A stretch of DNA of 64,000 nucleotides from Lama glama (lineage: Eukaryota), in NCBI GenBank assembly GCA_028534125.1, contig CM052816.1:86492001-86556000 (forward strand), read 5' to 3'. Of this stretch, positions 11,355 through 24,730 are shown piece by piece. Within the stretch, counting starts at the first letter, position 1; every line of letters begins with the position of its first letter. The notes below the pieces were generated by a model. It was given only the letters and a program-made list of their open reading frames with translations. It searched no databases and was not told the DNA's origin. Both the position numbers and the translations under genes were made by a program.

Positions 11355-13574
11355 CCCACACACTCTAACCTGTTGATGGTTTCAGATCCCTGTATTGTGA
11401 TACGTGCATGGAATAGAAGAACTTTTTAACTGTCTTAAAAAGAAACACTAATTAGGGTCTGAATCACGGTGAAAAACTAAGCCTACACATTTCAGATCTG
11501 AAAAACTAAGCTGAATCCACAAACACGTATCAAGGTCAAGCTATTTGAAGTAACCATTCCAAGATTTGGAAGGCAGAGCATTGGGACTGAATTACCAAGC
11601 ACCTCAGAAGGATAAAATTAGGCTAGACAGATCATCAGCAATGACCTTAACGCCTCAAAATAAAGATTAGTCCTACCATCTAAATGATCCACTTTTTCTT
11701 TAGTGAGATAAAAATGGCTGTGCCTCTTAGGGTGAACTGAAGGGTTTTTTTTTTTTTTTTAGAGTGTTTCTTAAGGAAAGCTTTTATTTCTGTATCAGTC
11801 TCCATATCAGTGTTTAGTTGTGCCTGACAGGATCCAGTCTGATTATTCTAGAATCACGGTTGTGTGTGCTCTCTGGCTGATTCAAGATCCTTATTCAAGC
11901 CCAGTGAGCTAGGAACTGCATTTTCCATTTCAGATACTTTGAGAAATTTAACTTCTAAAGCTAGTCGAAGTAATTACAATTCCGTAAAAAGCTAAGTCAA
12001 TTATGTTCTTCTTTTTAAGAACTAAACCTACTTTCTGCCCTTAAATAAAATCAATCTATGGAGTAACTGCTGGAAATGCCTACCTGCCAAACCACAAACA
12101 GTCAGGGGTCCATTATGCTGTGCCGATTATTAAATGGAATGAGGGTTAGAGGGAAACAGCGTATAAAGAATTGTTTTTACTAGATTTTAAACACTAGGTT
12201 TATGGTAAGTATGTCAGACACCAAGCCCAAAGCAGAACAGAATGACCTATAAATGTACTTCTTACCAGTGTGTTTCCAGACCCTGCGTCCAACAGTTCAA
12301 TTCTACATCCTATAGCAGTAGTCCCTCATACTGCAAGGACCCCTGCTCCAGGCAACCGTTTAGGGCACTGTACCGTGGAATAAGTCCTCTTTTTCTTCTT
12401 TAAAAAATATTTTTAAATGTCATGTGAAGAATATAAAATCTAAAATTAAGATCACAATGAGGGATGGTAAAACACAGTGTTGTAGAAACCAATGAGTTCC
12501 TATACCCACATCTGAAAATTAAACTATGATCCCTGAAGTCCCTTCTGAGAACAGGAGAGCAAAGCTGATGACTGAAGGTCTCCTTTTTCTAAACCTGCTT
12601 CCTCATTGGTGGAAATTCTTGCCCTAACCAGGAACAAAAGATCTCTCTCTCTGAAGCCTGGGATTTCTGGATAATGACTGAAGTTTTCTTCTTCTTGAAG
12701 GTATAGAAGAGGCTGTGAATACATGGCATGGTTTTATACCTTAGGACACATTCTGAGACCCTTTATTGCTCACACATTCTTGCTACCATGGAGCTTGTTG
12801 GTTGACTGAGAGGCTCAGGTGGTAAATGTGTGCTGGCTACTTTTCAGTATGTTGCTTCCTTGGAGTGCTTCCTATTTTTATTTATACACAAGCCTCCGCA
12901 TTTGCCAGTAAAAAGATTAGTGTAAGCACTGTTTTTTGAAAAGGTGACTCCAGGCCTGATGCTTTACAAAGCGTGTTATCCCTGTGGATTTAGCTTTTGA
13001 TTTGAAGAGCTTTGAGTTATGTGTAAAGAGGCTGGGGAATCTGCACATTGTGTTAGGGAAGGGACTGACGATGCAATTTTTTAGATATGAACATTTCTGT
13101 CCTTCTTGGTTTCTGTGGCATAGTTAAGGTGAATAAAATAAAAGAGCTATTTTTATGTCAAGGCTTTATACTGAAAGAAAACATTTTGCTCATGTCCACT
13201 AACTATAAAAGTAGGTTAAAGAGCACATTCTAGAAAATATGGAAGACTCAGACCACCCTTCTCTTATACGTAGCAACAAGTAACTTTGGGTAGTTGAAGA
13301 TTGACTTGTAGGTGAACACTATGCCTCTGGGTGTTAGTAAATGGTTTAGGAGTGGGGGATGTAGGAAAATAACAGACTAGCATTTTTCTCTTTTTTCTCT
13401 TCTTTCCATTTTTTCCCAAATATTCTCCTCTTGAGACCCACATGAATTGTAGGAAAGCTAGTTAGCATGTTTTTATTATGTAGATGCTTTGTGTGGAGAA
13501 AGGTAGCATAAGGTCTTAAGTAAGATAAGGAGATGAAGACGATGTAACAGGGATAGTAAGATCCTCTTACTAAT

Positions 13575-13815
13575 AAAAGTCAACATGTGTTGGTAGCTGG
13601 TGTTTACCAAAGAACTGATACTTTGATAAGAAGTTTTCACGCATTAGCTCACATAATTTTTCAAATCATTTATAAGATTAGAAATTTGATTTTGATTCAT
13701 ATGGAGTAAAATCAAGGCATTAGAGAGAGTATGTAAACTGGCCAAAGTCACATGATGAATGAATGGTGGGAATCAAAGCAGCTCTCTTTGACTCCAGGGT
13801 GTAAACTCTAAGCAC
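13575..13815 (-). mobile_element. MIR SINE fragment
   Basis: Degenerate core aaatcaaggcattagagagagtatgtaaactggccaaagtcaca...tgactcca. Confidence 0.55.
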
Positions 13816-15372
13816 CTAACACACTAAGAGGTGAACAATATGCAGCAGTAGATTAGCAAGTATGAAATAAGACCTGAGAACTGAATGCATATGGGTTAAG
13901 AAGACCGAAGAAAGACTGAACAAGAATGTTAAAGAGGGAATGGGTTTTAAAGTTTCCCTTGAAGAGAGGAAGGAAAGGTAAATACACTTCAAGTGGATTT
14001 AGAATTCTGTCTGCCTTCTTTCATATTATTTCAGCCTTGTAAACGTCCCTGCCAAGTAATCCGTACTTACATGCTATTTTTAAAAAGTGCTGATTTCATT
14101 ATTTAGGTAACCTTAGAATTACATGGAAGAAAAAGAGGAGAAGTAAATTTTTTTTTGAGTAGTGATGCTCTCTATTTGTACCTGACAATATTTTTTAACA
14201 CTGTATCTGAAAAGTATTTAGATAAAATTGGAAAGTTAGATAAATTTCCCAAGGGTAAATATTACTCATAACCCACGTTGGTAGAGGCCATGTAATAAGA
14301 TTGCTACTGTCCCTCAGCTCATGTGCTATTTTTTGTTTGTTTGTTTTGCTTTGTTTTTAGCTAATTATCACCTTTCTCTTTTTATAGTGATCTTCAGCTT
14401 GACTTTGTCAGAGTTCACACAGAAGGTGAAACATATCCAGAGACTGAGATGTTAATATCACTAAGGCTGATGACTATAACCTGAATTTAAGATGCCAAAA
14501 CACTCTCAGATATCAGTACACATGCCTAGAAAAATCCATGGCAGAGATAATACAATTATGACTAATATGAGGTTGTTACCCAAAGCTAGGCTAAATAGAC
14601 ATTTATATTTTAAAGTTCCATTTACGAATCAAAACAATTTTTAAATGCATATTTATATGTGGAAACTTTGATGCTTTTGATTTTTAACAAAATAAAATCG
14701 TGATTATTATACTACATGTTACTCTTAAGCTAATTTTGCTAACAAAATTGAGCCTGGATTGTTGAAATGGTACCAGTAATAATTATATTAATGAGATATT
14801 TTAAATCTTGTATTTCATTGTTAATTTCCATCCAATTTGTAAAATTAGTAGTTATATATTAAAATTTCCAAAAGGAGAGTTGAGAATAACTGTTGAAACA
14901 CATTTTAGTGATAAAAGTAGTAGTCAGAAGGGTAGATTGTAATTCAACAACTATGATTTAGGAGATGACCTTGGGCAAGTTACTAATTTATTTAAAACTA
15001 CTCTATCCAAAAAAAAAAGTTATAAATTAAGTAATATTATGACATATGATAAAGATTTAGTAAATATGTTCTTATTTTATATATTTGGGGAGTAAGGACT
15101 CAAGTATAGTATGAACCCCACTACAGTGGATTGTTCTTTTAAAATTATTTTTCAAAATATTATTAGTACTCTTGAGCCCAGTAATAACTGAATTCATGGC
15201 TGTTTAATTAGGCTCTGCAGTAATTCTCTTTATTGCATTTGCTCATTAAGTTAGTAGAATGAATGTGATGCTTATTTGTATGTGAGCACTTAATATCCAC
15301 AAGTTGCTTATATAAATTAAATCTGGTGTACGAATGATTTTCATAAACACATTTTTCCTTTCCCTTTTCTAG

Positions 15373-15494
15373 ACAATCCCAAAGAGATGACTCGGGTGGC
15401 TGTTTTTGTGAGAATTTTGGATGTTAATGATAATGCCCCACAATTTGCTGTGTTCTATGACACTTTTGTGTGTGAAAATGCCAGACCAGGACAG
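15373..15494 (+). CDS. CDH10: Cadherin-10 coding exon (probably exon 9; EC4-EC5), 122 nt
   Basis: ctAG at 15371-15372; CAG|gtaagt donor at 15495. (N)[40 protein letters not shown], with the DxNDN motif. Confidence 0.97.
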
Positions 15495-18400
15495 GTAAGT
15501 ACTCAAAGGATTTTAAAGGGTAAGAAGATTTTAACAGGCACGTTAATTTTTGCCCCCATCTTGAGAGGAATGAGTAAAGAAATAAAATTGTTCATATAAA
15601 GTCCCAGCAATTATATTAAAAATTAATATAATTAAAAACAAACCATCAGGACCAAAGCCTGATGTTTTTAGGGTTGAAAACGTTTGAAATAACAGTATAG
15701 CACATTTCATATGTCCTTCGTAAAGCTCTAATGTAAATATGAAATTTTACCGTAGCCATGAAAGTTAAGGTATAAGAAGAAACAACTTTTTCAACTTTCA
15801 AACAAAAGGAAAAATAGACCCTGCTGTGCCATTACATAAATATTAGTAAGTGCTTGAGAGATGGGAAATGAAAATGGGGAAAACAGAGACAAATACTGGG
15901 GATCAGCAAATATCCCATCAATATCCCAACGTATGCAAATATGATTTTGAAGCAAGACCGCAGAGTTCACGCCTAAGACTTGTATTTGCTTTTCATCATT
16001 ATGGCAACACATAAAGTGCTTAATGACTTAGTTTTCATCCTTTAAAACATTCTTCCTACACCAGCTTTGTTTATAACTCTTTGAGTCCTTCCTCAGTGGA
16101 CTCATTTTGTTGTTTGAAAAGCTCCAGCCTGTATGGCTGAAAGAAATGCTCTTAATTGGTTTGAGTGCTGTCTTCACAGAAGGAAGCTGCATGTTATAAA
16201 TAATAATTGGGAACCAAATGTGTTTTATTAGAGAAAGAGAAGCCATCACGAAACTGTATTGTGTTTTGACATCATTTGATGCTCTTTATAAACATCAATG
16301 TCATTGTTACATTTTTATGCAAATTACACTGTGGAAGAACTCAACTTCTCCCTTCAGAAGATTCTAATAGGAATTCAATAGCCTGTCTACTGTTTGAAAT
16401 GGTAGAATTGCTGCAATTGGATTCATTTTTTTTTATTTGAAAATGTTATGGAAATGTTTAATTTGGAATGTTTAAATGACTTAGCTACTTCCGACCTACT
16501 TCTTAATGAAACGGTGTGCCCTAAAAATAGCATTCCAAATAGTCCTCTGCCTGGCAGGCTCAGCATGATATAAACTGAAGCCTTTTCTCTACAAGATAAA
16601 TTATCCATTTGGCAACTGCTGCATACATTGCTTCCTCTGTGGTTATTCTATTTGATTTTCAAGAGATATCTTTTCAGAGCTTTTGAGTCCTTATAAATAT
16701 TGATTTCCAAATGTATTCAAAATATACAAAATAAGGGATTGCGTTTATTTTCCTTATGCTTTTTTTCTTCTTTTTTCAGCCTCTATCTGGTTCAGTAATT
16801 TTATACTTTTTGAACTATTAAAAACAAGTTGGTACACTGAGGGAACATTATAAAATCAAAGATGATTTTAATTTAAAAAGTGGTAAGCCTGTTTTGACAA
16901 ACTTGACAGGAAGAACATGACTAATAATTTTCTTCTAATTGGCTGTAAGTGTAACAGCCTCCCATAGTCGTTAGTTTTAGTAAGACCAGTTTGTTAGATG
17001 TCCTTTTGGTCTCACAGGTTGAAAAAATGTTTGCTTGAACTAAATTGTTGTATACTCAGTAATGGAATTCTAGGTTATGACATCCTAGCTGGCAAAAGCC
17101 AAGTGGTTATTTAATAAAGCACCCCTTCACTGAGCCTTTCTTGAAATTAATTTAACTGTTGTCTTCCCTCCTTCTAGGGAAGTGGGAGATTTGGGGGGAC
17201 TTCTGGGTGTGCTTTCGTTGTTGATAGAGTAGTACTCCTCTGAATTAAGTTCTCTTTAAGAGTAGCACTTAGAGCAACGTGGAACATAATTCCATTCATT
17301 TGGCGTGTGGATGCAATGAGACAGAAGTAAAGTTAATTGCTGCCCCCTCCTCCTTTCTTGTCTATTCCCTGGCCTAAGGATAGAAGACTTTTCCTGGGGA
17401 AACATACAACTGATGTGACATTAATAGTCCTTTCTTGTGCCTGAACTGGGCAACTCGACTCCCATCTTTTCCATCTCATAGAGAGTCAGGGGACCTTGGG
17501 AAAGGAGAGAAGAGAGGACTGGCTGTTTCTCTTTTCTTCCAATTCCCCTTATACATGCCTTACTCCTTCAATAAAATATGTTTTAATATATATTTTTAAT
17601 TTCTGTGAGAAGGCAATAGCATTTCAGTCTCACAGGACATCTCCCAGGGAGTCTCCCCAGGGAGAAGTGCAGCTTATGTTTACCCATCGATAGTATCCAA
17701 GCTCCAGGCCCTTATTAACTCCCCAGATCTCATTACATGTTTTCCATAGAATGGTGTTTAGTTACTTTCCTAACAACTAAAAAGAGTACTTTTTACCAGA
17801 ACAAAGGGAATTTTTTCATCAGCATAAACTACGAGTCTTTTCACTGAAAAAGCTGCAACATTAAAACTTAGTGGCTATTTTTCTAACTAAATATCTTAAA
17901 CTCCTTTCTTCATCTCACACTCCCTTATAATACGATCACTGAAACACCTCTCAAGCTGATTTAAGATTATATTAAAACTGCCTTGTGAAAATACAAACCA
18001 ATTACGTAATTGCTGAGGAGATAAAATATAAATGACTTGTCTGTCTCATTTTCATATGCTCAGAATGAATACTGGACATCACCTGTATTTTTATTTCCCT
18101 AATTGTGGAACCTCTTTTATTTGAAGTGAGTCAAAATGAATTTGTTTCCAGTAGAAATAAAATAGTGAGTGCTTATACAGAAAAGAGAGTTTTATCTCCT
18201 TTTTGTTGCCAATTTCTCAGTGGAATTGCAACTTTTTATGGTACATATGCCAAAACAAAATGTGAGTTTTTAATGTCTGACTGGAAATGGAAAGGAAGGC
18301 TATATTGAAAGGTGACTGCTGGATATAGAGAAGTTGGATGCTAAAAGCCAAGTTAAGTTATGTCTCAAAGAAAAAAATCTATCTTGTAAAGGAAGTGCCT

Positions 18401-20393
18401 CCCTCTGCATAAAAAAAGTCTTCTGGTCATAAAAATATGTTGTGATATGATATTGATTTACAGCATGTGATTCTATTTTGTCTGTATTATTAAATGAATT
18501 TTACTTATTCCCATTATAATATTTAATGAAAATATACTAATGGGTCACTGACATGTTGCGACCATATACAATGCTACCGTCTTTCATTAAAATAGCACAT
18601 TTTAATTGAGAATTTTTATGTAAACCTTTATAATTTCTTATAGAGATATGTAAAGATGTGGGTCATTTTGTTCTCTGAATTGTGTTATTCTGGTCCATAA
18701 AAATGAACTGGAATTGTAATTTGTAATCACAGCTGCAAATGTAAATTTATTAGGAAAATTGTAGTTTTTATTTTAAAAGACCATTAGCTCTACTCTTACA
18801 TTTCTATCATTTTTATGCATCTGTATGTGAGAGTTAACATATTAATCTTTACATATAGGAACATAAGAATTTCCATTAGCCTACTGTCTTTCTTGATATG
18901 TTGTTTCCTTTATGTCATTTTCCCCTCTTCAACTTATTCCTGTAAGTTGCTATTTGAAAATAAAATCCTTGAGACTGCTCCACAAACAAAAGTCAGTTAA
19001 GAAATATTTTTGTAACTGAATAGATACCTTCCCAAGGGTATTGGCTAAAATTATTTTAACATTTTTCTCTTTAATTCCTTCATATATTTACCATCCTTTG
19101 GTTTTTTTATTGACTGGATATGCCATTAGCCATAAATTCTTGGTTCTATTTAATCTTAAGTCAATACTAAAAATTTCATAAAGCAGTTATGCTATATTTT
19201 TAAATATGTATTTTAAATGATTTAAAGTTTTGAATCTTTTTTTGCTAATTACTTCTAGACAATCAGCGTTTATCTTTGGTCCAATTATATTTCTTGTATC
19301 ACTTTGAAATAAATGATTAGGGAGTACCTCAATTTTACCACATTTTTTATTTTTATAAGACACCTATAGGAAAACTTAATATAGAATAGTTAAAATAATT
19401 TCTTATTTTTTGAATTATTTTACATTATTTTTCAAGCTTAAAAATCCCTTTTTAAATCAACACCAGTAACAAATATTTCCATCAAGTATCAACACAATAT
19501 TGAGTTAATACAGTAAAAATATATTCCTTTCAGTTAGCATAAATTTGACCACTTCTATAGGTATTGATACACATATTTAAAACTTCTGAAGCCTTCCTGA
19601 AAATTGAAATATGCAAAAATACATAAAATGTTATTATATGTATAAATTAAAGATGAAATTGATATATATGTAAAAATACATACTTGTTACATATATGAAT
19701 AATATTAATTATATAATATGTTCAAAGCAGTTATCTGATTATAGCATAAGGTGTTAAATTTTCTACTTTGTTATGAGAAGGCTTCTTATATTCTTACCCT
19801 AAAATAAATCCAAGCATTTACCCTTATAAAATAACCATTCCCCATAGTATGTATATGTGGAACTTAAAAATACATAATTTGACTGAAAGTGCAGATGAAG
19901 TAAACAGTTACTGTTAAAGTAGGTGATGTTTGTCTTTCCTTAATAAAGTAACATATATTGTTTATAAAATCTACATTCTTTGAATAGTTTTCACCTTACT
20001 TTTGATGAGGAGGAAAGCCTTAATTACAATAATTTTTTAAATTTTCCTACATTAAGTAACTCTTCCAGGTCAATGTTTAAATGAAATAACCTACTCAGTT
20101 CAAATGCTATATCTAAATAAAACTGTAAAGAATACAACATTATTATTTATTATTTTAATACAAATAATGGATAATATTTAGGGGAAATAGAAGCAGATAT
20201 AAACAGTGAGGGAGACGTTAAAATCAAAGTAATAACAAAAAGATGGAATAACTCAGGTAAAGATACGCGCACAAGGAAGAAAATCAATTGCTTTTTAAAA
20301 ATGTTAGACAAAGTGGATGTTAAAAATTACATATTATAAAGCAGATTATACTCAAGGAAGTTTGATAACTATACATTTTTCTCTCTTCTGCAG

Positions 20394-20502
20394 CTAATAC
20401 AGACTATAAGTGCAGTAGACAAAGATGATCCTTTAGGTGGACAGAAATTTTTCTTCAGTTTAGCTGCTGTCAATCCAAACTTCACAGTACAAGACAATGA
20501 AG
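20394..20502 (+). CDS. CDH10: Cadherin-10 coding exon (probably exon 10; EC5), 109 nt, absent from the ORF track
   Basis: ttctctcttctgcAG acceptor (20392-20393); AAG|gtaaat donor at 20503. Hand translation gives [36 protein letters not shown]. Phase 0 in, phase 1 out, bridging the flanking exons. Confidence 0.96.
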
Positions 20503-21542
20503 GTAAATTTTAGAACGTGTTCACTGTGATTTAAGGTGACGTTAACCAGAAATTTTCCCCAAGGTAACAACTACCATATACATGATATATTAATTTATAA
20601 ATGTGTTACAAATTTTTGTTTTCATTAGATTTTTAATGAGATATTACAGTAATTGATAGTGTTTAATCTCTTGAATTTTAAAATCATAAAATATATGAAT
20701 GAAGTCTCTATATGAGTACTAATGAAAAGATTGAATATTGCAAACATTAGAAAGGCTCGGAATAATCATTTCCTATAACAAAATTGTAGGACACACCTAT
20801 AGGGAAATGAATGACTCAGTGAGACTCCTGTGTAAACTTCTGTGAGATTTAGCAGCAGCTGATTCACCAAAATAAGAGAAGCATAAGAAAGAGAAGTTGC
20901 CACATTAACCTGTGAAAGGGCTGAGTGCAAAGGCCTAACTGCAATGGCAAACACTATTCTCCTGTGTAATAGATGACTTTTATAATATCTCTGTGATCAA
21001 AAAAACTAAACATATCTCTTGCATTCTTAAAAAAGGCAGAAACATATTTTTGAGGAAAAATATGAAGATGGTTACTATTTTTTAAAAAAATGAACAGCTT
21101 TATTCTTTGGAAAACATGTAATTATTCTAGTCTAAACAAAAGTATGTAATTAGAGCTTTTTGATAAATTTATGTTAAAACTAATTGTATCATCTAGCTCT
21201 TGTTTAAAAGACATACTTGTTTTAGAGCGGCTATAGATATAGTTATTCTTAAAATAACTCTAATAACTACACTGGCATACTTAAAATAACTCCTAACTGC
21301 GCATGTATGCTGGCAGAGTCAGGTCCCTGTACCTATCTAGGAGGCTTTCAGAATGTCAGAAAGTACTTTCAGATAATGGATAGTTTTACACTGAGCAACT
21401 ATATTTGGTATTGTGGAAACTTTGCACAAATCAGTTGAAGGGACAACATTGGTTGGTAACATCTGTTTACCAAATCTGAGCTTCTGAATTAATAATTTCC
21501 ATCCCTCTGGACACCTAAAATAATTGTGATTGGAAAAATTAA

Positions 21543-21635
21543 CAGAGTTGGTAGATAAAATACAAAATGCCCAATTACATCTGAATTTAAGAAAAACAAC
21601 ATCCATCATTTTAATTTGCTGAATCTGGTAACCTA
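21543..21635. mobile_element. MER53-like hAT MITE, internally deleted
   Basis: cagagttggtagataaaatacaaaatgcccaattacatctgaattt...tttgctgaatctggtaaccta matches the recalled ends of MER53. Confidence 0.6.
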
Positions 21636-21844
21636 AACATGGAATTTAGATTGGACATTCTCAGTACTGAATTGACAATATTGTACCTCTTTTTAATTGT
21701 ATTTTCACTTGTTTTATGTTCCTGTTAAACTGAGCCCTGGATTTCAACAAGCCACCTCTCAATTTTAAAAAGTAATAGAGACCCAAAATGGTGTTGTCTT
21801 ATCACAGCATTTCACAGTTACTGGGGAAGCAACTCAAGGATGAT

Positions 21845-22477
21845 TGTGGGAGCCCATGATAGGGTTAACAAATTGTAACAGACCCCAGCCGCTTATCTCC
21901 TTGAAGAAGATGTGCTTAGTAACCGCCTTGCTTGCATAGTTGAGGTTTTAGCAATGACCCAGGCCCTCGGCTATAAATGCTGGGCATGCCTGCTGTTAGA
22001 TAGTCTTCTAACCCTAAAACAGCCTTGGGCTGGATGGTAAACAACTTATAAAAAGCTGCAGACTCAGAGGTGAGAAGGCTGGTTAGCCAATGACCGGTAA
22101 GACCCTTTGAGTGGGCAACCTGAGACAGGCACAGCCACCTGAGTCCAAGAAAATCTTGTCAAGCAGCTGATTCTCATACATTCCGCCCTGATAAGCTGAA
22201 AGGCTCAACACAATTATGATTCACCAAAAAGGGTCTTCTGACCTTGAGCCAAACACCAACAATAAACAAAGCCTTTGTACTCATTGTGATCCCACCCTGT
22301 CTTTCCCTAAATTCCTGCTTCAACTGTACTCAATAAATATGAGAGATTTGAGAGGCTCATGGAGTTGGCTCCCGACTCCCTCTCGCTCTCTGGACTTTTC
22401 CCCAGAGTCTTAAGTAATTCATTCCGTCTCGGTGGGACTTCTGCTGGCCAGAACCCACAACAGGTGACGAACCCACA
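21845..22477 (+). mobile_element. Young-looking retroviral solo LTR, 633 bp, probably ERV2/betaretrovirus class
   Basis: Perfect terminal inverted repeat tgtggg...cccaca. Perfect 6-bp TSD gatgat at 21839-21844 and 22478-22483. TATAAA (~21972, ~22047), CCAAT (~22087) and AATAAA (22261, 22332) all lie on +, so orientation is inferred from them. Confidence 0.85.
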
Positions 22478-24188
22478 GATGATCATAATTAATTTTTTGA
22501 TAAATAGTGCCATTTTGATATTAAGAAGAGTTCCTGATCCTATTTAAGTTACTCAAAGCAAGATCTGAAGCCATATGAATATAAACCCGAACGTACATTA
22601 AATAGAATACCACTGAAGTGTGATGGAAGTTTGATCTAATCCTGCACAAATTCACTATTTTATGTTATTGGGTGAATTTTAAAAGAAATTCCAATGACAA
22701 CGTCACCTTAAAGCTGCTCTTCTTGTGTAAACACCCTTGCATTTATCTATAATTTCACCCTAAAAGTTTTTAATTCTACATCATTCTTTTCTCTCTTTAA
22801 TAAATCTGCTTCTGTGATACCACACTTCATATCCCATTAAATTTCCCTCACTTTTCACTAACTCACAGGTCAAAAATATTATTAGATGATGACTTTCTGA
22901 CTGTTTAATAAAGTAATCTAAATGAAATGGTTAGTTTAGGGTAAAACTTCTTTTGATTCTTTAATATAGCAAAGCTGTTGCAGGCAAAGTTAAGAATTAG
23001 AAACCATTGAAAAAATTTCAAAATATAAAGCAAGAAGATTCTGAAAATACTCACATATATATAAATGTTCATTTTAGCATAGGTGTGAGAGAGTATTATA
23101 TCCTAATACTTCTTGGAAGAAAGTAAAAATTGCAGAATTATCAGGATTACATTTTATTTTTAAAATTTGCTTATGCACATCTTCTATTTTGTTACTTTCC
23201 CAAGCTTATGTAGTTACCTGATGTAGTGAGATTTAACTTACTAATAATTCAGGAAATGATTATTTTGTGTTCAACCACTATACCTGCAAAAAAATTGTTC
23301 CTTTTTTTTCCTTTCTGGCTGTCCTGTTTGATTTAGCAATTGACTAACTCACTCCCTTCCCTACACTGGCATTTTTAATAGCCCTATGGCATTGGCTAAA
23401 CAAGACTAATATGCACATTGGACAAACAAAACAGGAAATTATCATCCAAGTGTATATTGATATTATTTTTAAATATTTGCTATATTGAACTAGAAGAAAC
23501 TTTTTTATTAACCCCACAACCTGCATTTAAGGATACTGGGTGAATTATCAGATAAAGGACATATCAGTAGCAATACAGTGGGCAGTAGGATGCTAGCCTG
23601 TATTAAGTCCCTACTTCTTTCTGTGTGTCCGTTAGGCGCTCCACATTAGCTGTCTTCCAACAATACTTTGAATTACACATTGTATTCATTTTAATGAGTG
23701 GAAATCAAAGTTCAAAAATATTAAGTAACTTCCTCATTGCTTTTTATGTATTGGGACTCAACCACATTTTTCTTCATGAATATTAGATTCATGTGGGGTT
23801 CGTGTGGGCACACATACATTTGTAAATACAAAACGTTTATTATGATTTTTTTCTTGGTATGTGTAGTATTTCCATTTTCTGAAAACTTCAAAAAACAATA
23901 TGCTAACATCTCTGTAGTCTTGATAAATGATTCACTCATAAAAATTCACCATTTTGAAAACATCTGAGAATTCATCAAAAACCTAATAAATAAGTAATCG
24001 TATATTAGATTCCTCAAACTATCTCATTTATCTTATCTGTATTAGATTGCCATGTATACAGTTGATACGGAAATTGATATCAGTTTTGTATTTTACATAA
24101 ACATCTTTATTTATGTGTCGAACCCTGGTGATCCGGATGAGACAGGTGCTCTCCCAAGCCCTCTGTAATATATTAAAATTTATTTTAG

Positions 24189-24440
24189 ATAATACTGCCA
24201 GAATTTTAACCAGAAAAAATGGATTCAATAGACATGAAATAAGTACCTATCTCCTGCCTGTGGTGATATCAGACAACGATTACCCGATTCAGAGCAGCAC
24301 AGGCACGCTGACCATCAGAGTGTGCGCCTGCGACAGCCAGGGCAACATGCAGTCCTGTAGCGCCGAAGCCCTGCTCCTTCCCGCCGGCCTCAGCACAGGG
24401 GCCCTTATCGCCATTCTGCTCTGCATCATTATTCTGCTGG
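24189..24440 (+). CDS. CDH10: Cadherin-10 coding exon (probably exon 11; end of EC5 and first part of the TM helix), 252 nt
   Basis: tttAG at 24187-24188; G|gtaaga donor at 24441. (D)[83 protein letters not shown]. Confidence 0.97.
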
Positions 24441-24604
24441 GTAAGAAACTTTAGAGGAAATGGGACTATTTCCTAGATGGCTTCTCCGCGTTCGTAAGGA
24501 AACGTTGCTGTGAAAATACTTCCCCCAAATCTAACTCCAAATTTAAGACAGAGATAAATTAACTGTGGAATGTTGTTTATAATGACATGTTTTACCTGAT
24601 CAGA

Positions 24605-24730
24605 TACTCGTTACCTTTCTTTTACAAATAATGAAACTGAGATGTTAGAGATGTTTAAAACATTTCCCAAAGTTACACAGTTTTGAGGTGCTGAGCCAAG
24701 GCAAGGCACCTTGCTGTTAATCACTGTATG
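24605..24730 (-). mobile_element. MIR SINE fragment
   Basis: ttttacaaataatgaaactgagatgttagagatgtttaaaacatttcccaaagttacacag core. Confidence 0.65.
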
